A DNA stretch of 37,819 nt from an uncultured Candidatus Saccharibacteria bacterium. GTDB lineage: Bacteria > Patescibacteriota > Minisyncoccia > SW-4-49-11. Shown here one piece after another: positions 17,211-26,547 of the stretch (the stretch's first letter is position 1; each line of letters starts with the position of its first letter). The notes beneath the pieces are model-generated. The model worked only from the letters and a program-made list of their open reading frames with translations, made no database searches and was not told the DNA's origin. The stretch lies in assembly GCA_964585065.1 (NCBI GenBank), contig CAZPCB010000004.1, positions 1 through 37,819 on the forward strand, read 5' to 3'. A program made the translations under genes and the position numbers.

Positions 17211-17249
17211 AAGTATAAAACAGTTATCCACTATTATCAGAAAGGATAA

Positions 17250-17280
17250 AATTATGATATACTACTAGTATATCATAATT
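17250..17280. promoter_or_regulatory. Perfect 14-3-14 palindrome forming face-to-face extended -10 boxes for uvrC and pspC
   Basis: AATTATGATATACT-act-AGTATATCATAATT; each arm contains TGATATACT. Confidence 0.75.
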
Positions 17281-17292
17281 TTAATATTAGTT

Positions 17293-17775
17293 ATGGCGAT
17301 TAAAACAAAAAAGCGGTTATATAAATCGACAAATTATAGGGTTTTTACAGGCGTAGCAGCGGGCCTCGCTGATTATTTGGATGCACCCCATTCTTCTATT
17401 AGAATACTATTTATTTTATTAACCCTTGCTAGCGGTATAGGTTTAGTATTCTACTTAGCTTTATCAGTACTTTTACCTACTGAACAGGAGGTGGTAGAAC
17501 AAGAAGATCTTGAATTTTATCAAACAGCTGTGCAGGGTTTACAAAGTAAGGAGGGAAATACAATAGCAAGAAAGTCTACATTTTTAGATGAGCTCATTAC
17601 TCCTCAAAATATTATGGCTATAAGTATTTTATTTTTCGGCGGATTTATCTTACAATTTGATATTGTTCCTTGGGCTCTTATTCCAGATACATGGAGATAT
17701 CCAGCTTTAATTATCACAGTAGGAATAGCTTTCATATTAAAAAGTCTTACCGTTAAAAAATCTAATATTGTATAA
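17293..17775 (+). CDS. pspC: PspC domain protein with C-terminal LiaI/LiaF-like TM segment
   Basis: RLYKSTNYRVFTGVAAGLADYLD...IRILFILL...GIGLVFYLALSVLLP is a PspC signature; C-terminal WRYPALIITVGIAFIL. Confidence 0.85.
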   Translation: MAIKTKKRLYKSTNYRVFTGVAAGLADYLDAPHSSIRILFILLTLASGIGLVFYLALSVLLPTEQEVVEQEDLEFYQTAVQGLQSKEGNTIARKSTFLDELITPQNIMAISILFFGGFILQFDIVPWALIPDTWRYPALIITVGIAFILKSLTVKKSNIV

Positions 17776-17777
17776 AT

Positions 17778-18728
17778 ATGTCAGGAATTATTATTGAACC
17801 AGAAGAAAAAAAACCAAATTCTTTTATAGGAATATTTTCTCATTTAGGTATACTATATATTCTCATTTTAGGTATTAGCTTAGGGATTGTATATTATCAA
17901 GGAGTATTTCAAGATAATTATCTTTCCATATATATACCTTTTAGCCATATTTGGCCACTTGCTTTGATTGCAGTGGGATTATCCATATTTCGAGTAAAAA
18001 GTTCAGCATCATTAAGTGTGGGTTTGTTTTTGATGGTATTGGCCACTGCTATTACTATGTTCTCAGTATTTATAAGAGCAGATGCTATTGATACTAATAC
18101 TCAAATAATATCAGGTTCAGTAAATAATGTGAAAAGTATTTATGCTGATATATCAACAACATCTACAAATATATCAGTTAAAGGGGGAGGTACTGGTATT
18201 GATGGGCAGTACACAGCTAATTATGGGGTATTAATAAATACTATTACAACTGATACAGATGCTGTTCAAACTATTAATCTTAGACAATTAGATATTCAAC
18301 CAGGTTTTGGTTCATATAGTAAAAAATTAGATATAATATTGCCCAATAATATCCCAACTATATTTGATATTACCGCTAATATTTCACCACTCTCATTAGA
18401 TTTAAAGGGGATAGTATTGAAATCTGCTAATATTACTCTTAGAGCTTCTCAAGCTAATATTGTCATAGATCAAATCGAGACAACCACAAATCTCAATATT
18501 ACTTCTACTGCAAGTCAAGTCACACTTAGTATTCCACGTAATATAAAGGTATTATTATCTACGTCTCACAGTTTTACCTCCAATGATTTTATTGGGCTTA
18601 CTCAAAAAGGAGTAGATTCAAAAGTATATGAAAGTCAAAATTATCAGGTCTCAAGTGACAATGAGGAGAAAACCATAACATTAAATCTTAATTCCACATC
18701 TTCTCAAATAAAGGTGATACAAAAATAA
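17778..18728 (+). CDS. Membrane protein with LiaF-like TM region and extracytoplasmic beta-solenoid (toast-rack-like) domain
   Basis: Three hydrophobic helices including HIWPLALIAVGLSIF, followed by repetitive beta-strand sequence. Operonic with pspC. Confidence 0.65.
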   Translation: MSGIIIEPEEKKPNSFIGIFSHLGILYILILGISLGIVYYQGVFQDNYLSIYIPFSHIWPLALIAVGLSIFRVKSSASLSVGLFLMVLATAITMFSVFIRADAIDTNTQIISGSVNNVKSIYADISTTSTNISVKGGGTGIDGQYTANYGVLINTITTDTDAVQTINLRQLDIQPGFGSYSKKLDIILPNNIPTIFDITANISPLSLDLKGIVLKSANITLRASQANIVIDQIETTTNLNITSTASQVTLSIPRNIKVLLSTSHSFTSNDFIGLTQKGVDSKVYESQNYQVSSDNEEKTITLNLNSTSSQIKVIQK

Positions 18729-18729
18729 T

Positions 18730-19128
18730 ATGATTATAGAAACTGCAGAATATAATGCAAAATTAATAGGCATATTCATTAAATGGTATTGGGTGGAAAT
18801 GCCATATAGAATTATTCGTAAAACAATACAATATATTGTAGTATTAGGCAAAATTTTCTCTTTTGCTTTTCTTATTAAAACATTTTTTGCCCCTTGGAAA
18901 AATCAATTATATGCCTATCCAAGCAAGGGGTTTGATATAAAGCACATATTTGAGGTATGGACTTCTAATATGATATCAAGAATAGTAGGAGCTTTTGTAA
19001 GAGGATTTACGATATTATTTGGTATCCTTACTGTTATTGTATTAGCTTTTCTAGGATCTGTAGGACTAGTAATATGGGTGTTATATCCTGTATTATTTAT
19101 CTTTTTTATTATACAAAGTCTTTCATAA
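18730..19128 (+). CDS. Uncharacterised integral membrane protein
   Basis: 132 aa with hydrophobic helices and the motifs WYW, FFAPWK, SRIVGAFVR. One-nt gaps to both neighbours. Confidence 0.75.
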   Translation: MIIETAEYNAKLIGIFIKWYWVEMPYRIIRKTIQYIVVLGKIFSFAFLIKTFFAPWKNQLYAYPSKGFDIKHIFEVWTSNMISRIVGAFVRGFTILFGILTVIVLAFLGSVGLVIWVLYPVLFIFFIIQSLS

Positions 19129-19129
19129 T

Positions 19130-21574
19130 ATGAAGTATTTTTATTCTATATATCATACCCGAACATTCTTTAGTAATATATTAGAGAAAATTATATTTAA
19201 TTGGCTGAGCTATATTATCTGGCTTGTTTTTATTGGTATTGTCACCTTAATTACCTATAATACAGCAAATTATCAATTAGCTATAATTCTTATCGGAACC
19301 AGTATTTATATATATGTAGTTGCCTATTTATTTATTATTCTGAAATTACGATCAGATAAAGATGCTTTTATATTCCCCAATAATTATGCTGAAATATTTG
19401 ATTATGATTTAGCACAATATTTAGTAAGATATTTCCCAAAGGAATTAAGTTATAGTCAGCTTATACATGCGGTTACGAGGAGTAAGAGGGGACAGGATAT
19501 ATTATCATATATGGGATTAGTACCAGATGCTTTTTATACAAAATTAAAAGATTTAGGCTTGGACACGGATCCGAATCTTCCTCCAATAGATGAATTACTC
19601 GCAAGAATACAATATGTAAAAGATTCATGGGAAGAATATCGAATAGGGGGGCATATTATTCTGTATGTCTTGTTTGAACAGGAAGGAATATTTACCACCA
19701 TATTAAATCAATTAGATTTATCTAAAGAAGACTTTTTACAAATTATTTCTTGGGAAGCTTTGCATTATCATAATACTATTCCTATATCAATATGGAGTCC
19801 CGAGGGAGTTGAGAAGAATTTTGGGGCGCTGGGAAGATCATGGACAATTGGCTATACCAATGATTTAGATAGGATTACTGAGGATATATCAGAGAAAATT
19901 ATATATCGTGATCCCCATCGGGTTATTATCCATCAAGATATTTTACGACGCATATTAACAAGCCTTTCTAAATCAACTCGACATAATATTCTCCTATTGG
20001 GAAATATTGGGGTTGGGAAAAAATCACTGATTGAGAATTTAGCCTTCACTATAAGGCAATATCAAATTCAGCATAATGATAATCTTACTCGTATTCTCAA
20101 ATTACAAACAACAGATTTACTATCTGGTACTGCAGATGCTCCACAATATTTATTGAAGGCTTTAAATTATGCTGAACATTCAGGAAATATTATTCTTGTT
20201 ATTGAGAATATTTCAGAATTATTTATATCTGCAGATGATGCGATACGTAACATTATTGTAAAATTTCTGAATTCACGTCATATTAATGTTATTGGTATAG
20301 ATAATCCGGAAGGGTATCATAACGGGGTGAAAAGCTTTCCCATTATTGATAGCTTATTTGAATCAATGCCTGTAGAAGATGCTTCTCCTAAAGATACAAT
20401 GAATGTATTGATGATGACATCATTTGATTTAACAAGACAATATAATAAATATATTACCTATCAATCCCTGAGAGCGGTGATGAGCTTCTCAGAGAGATAT
20501 ATTAGTAAGGGGGGATTTCCTGGTAAATCAGTAGAAATTTTATCAGATGCAGTAAATCAAGCCAATATAGAAGATAGCCCTTTTGTATTAGAGCATCATA
20601 TTCGTACTGTGGTATCTGAGAGAACCAATATGAATATTAATGAATTACAGAATACAGAGAAAGATGCATTATTGTCTCTAGAGGAAAAATTACAAGCTGA
20701 AATAAAGGGGCAGCCAGAAGGGTTAACTGCCTTATCAAATGCCCTAAAACGTGCTCAATTAGATGTAAAATCACGCAATAAGCCGGTGGGAACATTTCTT
20801 TTCCTAGGACCTACTGGAGTTGGAAAAACAGAAACTGCTAAGGCTCTAGCTAAACATTATTTTGGATCAAAGGATAGAATGATTCGTATGGATATGAATG
20901 AATTTGGAAGACCAGATTCAGTATATGGAATATTAGGTAGCCCAGCTGGAGAAGATACTAGTTTCCAAGAAGGATTCTTGACAAAACGGGTTCAAGATAA
21001 GCCATTTTCATTGATATTATTAGATGAAATTGAAAAAGCTCATCCTCAGGTTTTGAATATATTCTTGCAAATTTTAGATGAAGGATTCTTGACTGATAAT
21101 AGAGGTATACGCACAGATTTTAGAAATACTATTATTATTGCTACTTCTAATGCTGGAGCCTTATTCTTGCGTAATTTTGTAAGAGAACATCCCACCTTTG
21201 ATAAAGCAGCCTTTAAACAGGAGTTAATAGATACTATTATTCAAGGAAAAGAATTTGCCCCTGAATTTATTAATCGTTTTACGGAAGTTATTGTCTATTA
21301 TCCATTACAACTTGAAACAGTAGCTGAAATTGCTGCTAAAATGATAGAAAATCTCTCTGAGAGATTTGATCAAGAAAGAGGTGTGAAATTAGAAATTGAG
21401 CCAGATGCAATTGCCTATCTTGCTGAGCAAGGATATAGTCCAGATTTTGGAGCAAGAGAATTAGAGCGTACAGTATCATCCATATTAGAAACATATTTAG
21501 CCAATTATCTCCTTATTAATCAGGTCAAAAGGGGAGACCATATTATTATTACCAAAGATAATATTACAAAATAA
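19130..21574 (+). CDS. Membrane-anchored ClpA/ClpB-family two-ring AAA+ ATPase with degenerate NBD1
   Basis: Two N-terminal TM helices. NBD1 GNIGVGKKS / ILVIENISE; NBD2 FLFLGPTGVGKTETAKALA, LLDEIEKAHP, TSN, PEFINR, GARELER. Confidence 0.9.
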   Translation: MKYFYSIYHTRTFFSNILEKIIFNWLSYIIWLVFIGIVTLITYNTANYQLAIILIGTSIYIYVVAYLFIILKLRSDKDAFIFPNNYAEIFDYDLAQYLVRYFPKELSYSQLIHAVTRSKRGQDILSYMGLVPDAFYTKLKDLGLDTDPNLPPIDELLARIQYVKDSWEEYRIGGHIILYVLFEQEGIFTTILNQLDLSKEDFLQIISWEALHYHNTIPISIWSPEGVEKNFGALGRSWTIGYTNDLDRITEDISEKIIYRDPHRVIIHQDILRRILTSLSKSTRHNILLLGNIGVGKKSLIENLAFTIRQYQIQHNDNLTRILKLQTTDLLSGTADAPQYLLKALNYAEHSGNIILVIENISELFISADDAIRNIIVKFLNSRHINVIGIDNPEGYHNGVKSFPIIDSLFESMPVEDASPKDTMNVLMMTSFDLTRQYNKYITYQSLRAVMSFSERYISKGGFPGKSVEILSDAVNQANIEDSPFVLEHHIRTVVSERTNMNINELQNTEKDALLSLEEKLQAEIKGQPEGLTALSNALKRAQLDVKSRNKPVGTFLFLGPTGVGKTETAKALAKHYFGSKDRMIRMDMNEFGRPDSVYGILGSPAGEDTSFQEGFLTKRVQDKPFSLILLDEIEKAHPQVLNIFLQILDEGFLTDNRGIRTDFRNTIIIATSNAGALFLRNFVREHPTFDKAAFKQELIDTIIQGKEFAPEFINRFTEVIVYYPLQLETVAEIAAKMIENLSERFDQERGVKLEIEPDAIAYLAEQGYSPDFGARELERTVSSILETYLANYLLINQVKRGDHIIITKDNITK

Positions 21575-21601
21575 TATATAGCGACTAGATAATGAGATAT
21601 C

Positions 21602-21630
21602 TTGAAAAAATCCTTATTTTATGCTATAAT
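21602..21630 (+). promoter_or_regulatory. hrcA promoter, predicted near-leaderless mRNA
   Basis: TTGAAA - 17 nt - TATAAT (TGCTATAAT). The ATG is only 8 nt after the -10 box. Confidence 0.7.
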
Positions 21631-21638
21631 AAGTTTAT

Positions 21639-22358
21639 ATGGATGAGAGAAAACAACAATTTTTAGAATATGTAATACTTGATCATATTGACACTGCGCA
21701 ACCAGTATCTTCTTTGAATATTCAAAAAAAATATCAATTACCATATTCTAGTGCTACTATCCGTAATGAATTAGCTGAATTAGAAGCTGAAGGGTATTTG
21801 ATGCAAGTACATACTTCTTCAGGTAGAATACCCACAGATAAAGGATATCGATATTATGTTAATCGGCTTTTGGGAAGACAAGAAATTTTGAGGCAATATG
21901 CATCAGTGACACATACATTTTTGAATGAGATGAATACTATACAAGAAATTCATTTAAAACTTAAAAATGTATTATTATCCTTTGCTCAAGAGTCTGGTAA
22001 TGTTGCTATGGGTAAATTATCAACAGATTTAATATTTGAAGAGGGGGTTGCTACTTTTTTGACTCAACCTGGATTTTCATCAGTAGAATTTATTCATAAT
22101 GCTTTGGAGGATTTAGAAGAAATTAAATCTCATATTGATGAAATAGGTCGTGATGTGAGTCAGGGTAGCTATAAATTATATATTGGGGAGGAAAGCCCAC
22201 ATACTTCTATGCATAATTACGCAGTTATTGTAGGTAAATTCTCAATTGACTCAGATGATGGTACAATAGTTGTAGTGGGACCTAAAGGTATGCAATATGC
22301 AAAAAATATAGCCCTCGTTGAATATATGCTTAATAATGATACATATGAAGAAGAATAA
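21639..22358 (+). CDS. hrcA: Heat-inducible transcription repressor HrcA (short form)
   Basis: PVSS...SSATIRNELAELEAEGYLMQVHTSSGRIPTDKGYRYYVN; IGEE...GTIVVVGPKGMQY. Confidence 0.93.
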   Translation: MDERKQQFLEYVILDHIDTAQPVSSLNIQKKYQLPYSSATIRNELAELEAEGYLMQVHTSSGRIPTDKGYRYYVNRLLGRQEILRQYASVTHTFLNEMNTIQEIHLKLKNVLLSFAQESGNVAMGKLSTDLIFEEGVATFLTQPGFSSVEFIHNALEDLEEIKSHIDEIGRDVSQGSYKLYIGEESPHTSMHNYAVIVGKFSIDSDDGTIVVVGPKGMQYAKNIALVEYMLNNDTYEEE

Positions 22359-22845
22359 ATTAGATCAAGATAATACTGGTATAGAAGAAGTAACTATTCA
22401 AGAATTACAAGAGACTATTTCTCGTCTAGAACAAGATTTAGGACATAATTTAGCTGGTTGGCAAAGAGCTCAGGCTGATTATCAGAATTTAAAAAGAGAA
22501 TCTGATAGATTGCGAGTAGAAAGTATACAGCTTGCAAATAAAAATCTTATTGAGACATTAATTCCCGTTTTTGATAATTTTGCATTAGCCCTAAAGCATC
22601 TCCCAACTGAATTAGCTGATAATACATGGGTTCAAGGTATTACCTATATACATAAGCAATTACAAGATATTCTATTAGCAGAAGGGGTGGAAATTATTAA
22701 TCCATTAGGACAGGAATTCAATCCGCATATTCATGAGGCAGTTGACAGTGAGGGAGAAGGGAATACAATTACTGAAGTATTGCAGGTAGGATATACATTG
22801 CATGGAGCATTAATTCGCTCAGCTCGAGTAAAAGTATCTTCATAA
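22345..22845 (+). CDS. grpE: Nucleotide exchange factor GrpE
   Basis: QRAQADYQNLKR, LIPVFDNF, GQEFNPHIHEAV, EVLQVGYTLHGALIRSARVKV. Start set to the ATG at 22345. Confidence 0.93.
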   Translation: MKKNKLDQDNTGIEEVTIQELQETISRLEQDLGHNLAGWQRAQADYQNLKRESDRLRVESIQLANKNLIETLIPVFDNFALALKHLPTELADNTWVQGITYIHKQLQDILLAEGVEIINPLGQEFNPHIHEAVDSEGEGNTITEVLQVGYTLHGALIRSARVKVSS

Positions 22846-22847
22846 GT

Positions 22848-23903
22848 ATGAATTCTCCGGAATGGGTATATTTTTGGATAATAGGTATTGTATATATTAT
22901 CACAAGAGTTCTGTTTTATATTGTAATTAAGCAAAAATGGACAAAATATATTTTTGATCAATCTATACGAGGCCGTGATATTCATACCGGAATAAAGCCT
23001 AAAATTGGAGGATTAATTATTATTCCATTATTCATATTATTTTTTCTTTTAGGTATTTGGAATGATGTAATTCTATGGCAGAGAGAGTTTTGGGGATTAT
23101 TATTGGGAGCAATAGCGATATTAATATATGGCTATATTGATGAAAAATATGATTTATCTTGGAGAATGCAATTTATTTGGCAATTCGGTATTGCGGCTAT
23201 TGTAATTATATCCGGTATTGGAATACAGGCTTTGAGTTTACCTAATGGGGGATTATGGTTTATTGATACCTGGAATTTGGGACCTATGGTATTCCCAAGA
23301 GATATTATCACCGCTTTATGGATTGTGGGGCTTATGAATGTAGTGAATTGGCTTGATGGAGTTGATGGTCTTGCTGGGGGGGTGGGAGTGATTGGATTTG
23401 CTACTTTAGCCATTTTGTCATTAACCCCTTTTGTCAATCAGCCGCATATTGCTTTTATTGCAACGATATTGATTGGATTATATTTAGGATTTTTACGATT
23501 TAATTGGTATCCATCTAAAATATTTTTAGGTACATATGGCAGTATGTTTTTAGGATATATGTTGGCAGTTTTAGCTCTTATTAGTGGAGGTAAAATTGCA
23601 ACATCTGCTCTGGTGTTAGCCTTTCCTATTATTGATGCTATTGTAGTTATTTCCCAGCGCATTTGGAATAAAAAATCAATATTTAGAGCTGATAATAGGC
23701 ATTTTCATCATAAATTATTGCAAATTGGTTTGAGACAAAGATTCGCGGTAGGAATTATGTATGCTATTAGTATTTTATTTGGAATATCTGCTCTTATATT
23801 GGAGACTCGTGGTAAAATAGCTATATTTATCATGGGGGCTGGAATATTAATTATTATATCCCTATTATTAACTCAAATTATTGTAAAGAAAGCGAATAAA
23901 TGA
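22848..23903 (+). CDS. MraY/WecA/TagO-family polyprenyl-phosphate sugar-1-phosphate transferase
   Basis: KPKIGG, GYIDEK, MNVVNWLDGVDGLA, FNWYPSKIFLGTYGS, ADNRHFHHKL. About 11 TM helices. Confidence 0.9.
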   Translation: MNSPEWVYFWIIGIVYIITRVLFYIVIKQKWTKYIFDQSIRGRDIHTGIKPKIGGLIIIPLFILFFLLGIWNDVILWQREFWGLLLGAIAILIYGYIDEKYDLSWRMQFIWQFGIAAIVIISGIGIQALSLPNGGLWFIDTWNLGPMVFPRDIITALWIVGLMNVVNWLDGVDGLAGGVGVIGFATLAILSLTPFVNQPHIAFIATILIGLYLGFLRFNWYPSKIFLGTYGSMFLGYMLAVLALISGGKIATSALVLAFPIIDAIVVISQRIWNKKSIFRADNRHFHHKLLQIGLRQRFAVGIMYAISILFGISALILETRGKIAIFIMGAGILIIISLLLTQIIVKKANK

Positions 23904-23938
23904 TAAAATAGTATTAGGTTTCAATTCAAAATACATAT

Positions 23939-24481
23939 ATGAGATATAAAAAGGGATATAGTGTGATTGAAGTATTATTGGCGGGTTCAATTTTAGCTTT
24001 AGCGGTAGCTGGAATAGTGAGTGCTATTCTTATTGCGCAAAGAAACAATCAAGCGAGCATTGCCCAAAGTCAAGCCTTAGAAATGGCTCAAGAAGGAATA
24101 GAGGCATTAAGATCAATTCGAAATAGAGATTATAGATTATTAGTAAATACTACTACTCCAGCAGCTTTATCAAAAACTGGTAGTGATTGGAGTATTATTA
24201 CAAGTCCAGCTTCAACTGATGATCGATTAACGAGTCCTTTAAGAACCAGGCGAATTACTATTGCAAATGATACAACAGCTCTTGACTCAAAGTTAATAAC
24301 AGTGACAGTAACCTATCAAATTAATCCAGAAGGAGATACTAAAACAATTAGTTTGTCTGAAACTCTTGCTAATATTTTAACCAATAAACCTTCAGGGACT
24401 ACTGCTGCAAGTCAAAATTATCAATTAAGAGATGATAATTTTGGGAATGCACAAAGTACATTTAAAGACCCAACACCATAA
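23939..24481 (+). CDS. Type IV minor pilin (PilV/GspI-like)
   Basis: Class III signal KKG|YSVIE, hydrophobic helix, ALEMAQEGIEALRSIRN. Confidence 0.85.
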   Translation: MRYKKGYSVIEVLLAGSILALAVAGIVSAILIAQRNNQASIAQSQALEMAQEGIEALRSIRNRDYRLLVNTTTPAALSKTGSDWSIITSPASTDDRLTSPLRTRRITIANDTTALDSKLITVTVTYQINPEGDTKTISLSETLANILTNKPSGTTAASQNYQLRDDNFGNAQSTFKDPTP

Positions 24482-24915
24482 TGCTTAAAAGAGGATTTAC
24501 CCTATTAGAAATTTTATTAGTAATAGCCTTAATAGGTGTATTACTGGCTACAGTTTTACGACTGGTAAATCCTCAAAAACGGTTTGGAGATGTGAATAAT
24601 CTTCAGCGTAAATCAGATGTTCTTAGTATTTATACTGCTATTAATCAATATCGTGAAGATAATAGAGGTAATCTCCCAGTAGGTATTACGACCACAGCTA
24701 TAGATATCTGTCAGCCTGGTTGTGTTGAAGATTCTACTCAAATTGATATTACAACAGAAATATCTAAATATATTCGTCTTGGTAAGCCTCCCATAGACCC
24801 TGTACAGACAGGGACTATATTAACGGGATATACGGTATATGCTAATGCTCAGGGTAAAATTGTGGTATCAGCCCCTCTTGCAGAAAACTTAGTTACTATT
24901 AATACTATAGAATAA
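24481..24915 (+). CDS. Type IV pilin, probable major pilin
   Basis: KRG|FTLLEILLVIALIGVL...NPQKRF...QRKSDV...AINQY; PIDP motif. Confidence 0.9.
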   Translation: MLKRGFTLLEILLVIALIGVLLATVLRLVNPQKRFGDVNNLQRKSDVLSIYTAINQYREDNRGNLPVGITTTAIDICQPGCVEDSTQIDITTEISKYIRLGKPPIDPVQTGTILTGYTVYANAQGKIVVSAPLAENLVTINTIE

Positions 24916-24919
24916 ACAT

Positions 24920-26527
24920 ATGGCGATAAAAACATCACAAAAACCACTTATCAAATCAGCAATGTTTCGTATTTTTACGGCATTGATATTCTTGTTCACC
25001 GCAATGATTTATGTGCTTGTTGCAGGATTATGGTATTTACAATATTCAGGCAGTATTGATATTATTTATACCGCCCAAGTCACTAATGTATTAATGGGAA
25101 TTATCTTAGCTTTATTTGTAGTAGGTTGGTTTTTCTCTTATGGTATTTATGCGGGAATTATTAAACCAAGTTATGAAACATTTAATATTATTGCACAAAT
25201 TGTAGATGGTATTGCAAAGGGTGGAGATATTGACCGTGATCAAGTAGCCTATTTGCAGGAATTTATGCAAAGTTCTTTGTCTCAATTAAAGAAAAGCTCT
25301 ATTACTCGTAAAATAGATGTGTCTAAGGGGACAGAAGAATATATTAAAAAATTAGAATCCCTTACTAAACAAAATACTGAATTAGCAAAATCTAAAGAAG
25401 AATTATCACAATTAGTATTAAAGTTAGAAAAACAACAAAAATTATTACAATTGGAACAGGCTAAAACAACCGCTATTATTAATGCTATCCCAAATGGATT
25501 ATTAGCCTCTAGTCGAGATGGTAATATTTTCTTAGTCAATAAAGAGACTGAAAAACTATTAGGACTAGATTCCGATAAATTATTGGGGAGATTTATTAGT
25601 CAGGTATTACCATCTCAAGAAAATAGTTCTACAGATTCTAATCCCAATACATCATTATCAAAAGCTATTGAAGGGGAGCGTATTACAAGAGTATTTAGTT
25701 ATGAATCTCCTATTGATAAACAAAAAGTTACTATAGAGGATACTTCCAATCCCATTAAGGTAGATAATGATATTGTGGGTATTGTTAATATTATTCGAGA
25801 TAAGACGCAAGAGCAAGAAACAGAAAGAGCACAAAAAGAATTTGTATCTATTGCATCACATCAATTGAGAACCCCAATAACCTCTATAAAGTGGAATGCT
25901 GAATTATTATTATCCGCAGATAATTTGAGTCAGGATTTAAAGGATGCGGCTGATGATATTTACAAAGAGAATAATAGAATGGAAAAATTGGTCAATGCCT
26001 TATTAAATCTCTCCCGAATTGATTTGGGGACAATTAAATTTGTGACTAAAGAAATTAATATTATTGAATATATAGACACTTTATTAAAGACATTAAATTC
26101 AGAAATTGTTAAAAAGAATCTGAACATTCAAAAAGATATCAGTATTAATACCCCTATTATTAATGATCCAGTATATACAGATATTATTATTGGAAATATA
26201 GTATATAATGCGGTTAAATATACTCCTCCAAATAGAAATATATCTATTAAGGCCTATACCATTACCGAGAAGAATAGTGTACATATAGAAATAGCTGATA
26301 ATGGACTTGGCATACCAGCATCACAACAAGCTCAAATTTTTGGTAGATTATTCCGAGCAGATAATGCCAAAAATAGTCAGACAGATGGAAATGGACTCGG
26401 GTTATATGTCGTAAAAAAATTAGTAGAAGCTATGAGTGGAAATGTCTGGTTTCAATCTGAAGAAAATAAAGGTACCACATTCTTTATAGAGCTTCCACTT
26501 GTCGTGGATAATCACAATGTGATATAA
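24920..26527 (+). CDS. PAS-domain sensor histidine kinase
   Basis: Two TM helices, coiled coil, PAS (IINAIPNGL...LVNKETEKLLG), H-box ASHQLRTP, N-box NAVKYT, DNGLGIP, GNGLGL, GTTF. Confidence 0.93.
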   Translation: MAIKTSQKPLIKSAMFRIFTALIFLFTAMIYVLVAGLWYLQYSGSIDIIYTAQVTNVLMGIILALFVVGWFFSYGIYAGIIKPSYETFNIIAQIVDGIAKGGDIDRDQVAYLQEFMQSSLSQLKKSSITRKIDVSKGTEEYIKKLESLTKQNTELAKSKEELSQLVLKLEKQQKLLQLEQAKTTAIINAIPNGLLASSRDGNIFLVNKETEKLLGLDSDKLLGRFISQVLPSQENSSTDSNPNTSLSKAIEGERITRVFSYESPIDKQKVTIEDTSNPIKVDNDIVGIVNIIRDKTQEQETERAQKEFVSIASHQLRTPITSIKWNAELLLSADNLSQDLKDAADDIYKENNRMEKLVNALLNLSRIDLGTIKFVTKEINIIEYIDTLLKTLNSEIVKKNLNIQKDISINTPIINDPVYTDIIIGNIVYNAVKYTPPNRNISIKAYTITEKNSVHIEIADNGLGIPASQQAQIFGRLFRADNAKNSQTDGNGLGLYVVKKLVEAMSGNVWFQSEENKGTTFFIELPLVVDNHNVI

Positions 26528-26547
26528 TAAATTATATAAAGAATAAA

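Noticed and set aside
17224-17232. TTATCCACT, an 8/9 match to a DnaA box upstream of uvrC
   Set aside because: A single imperfect box with no cluster or unwinding element is expected by chance.
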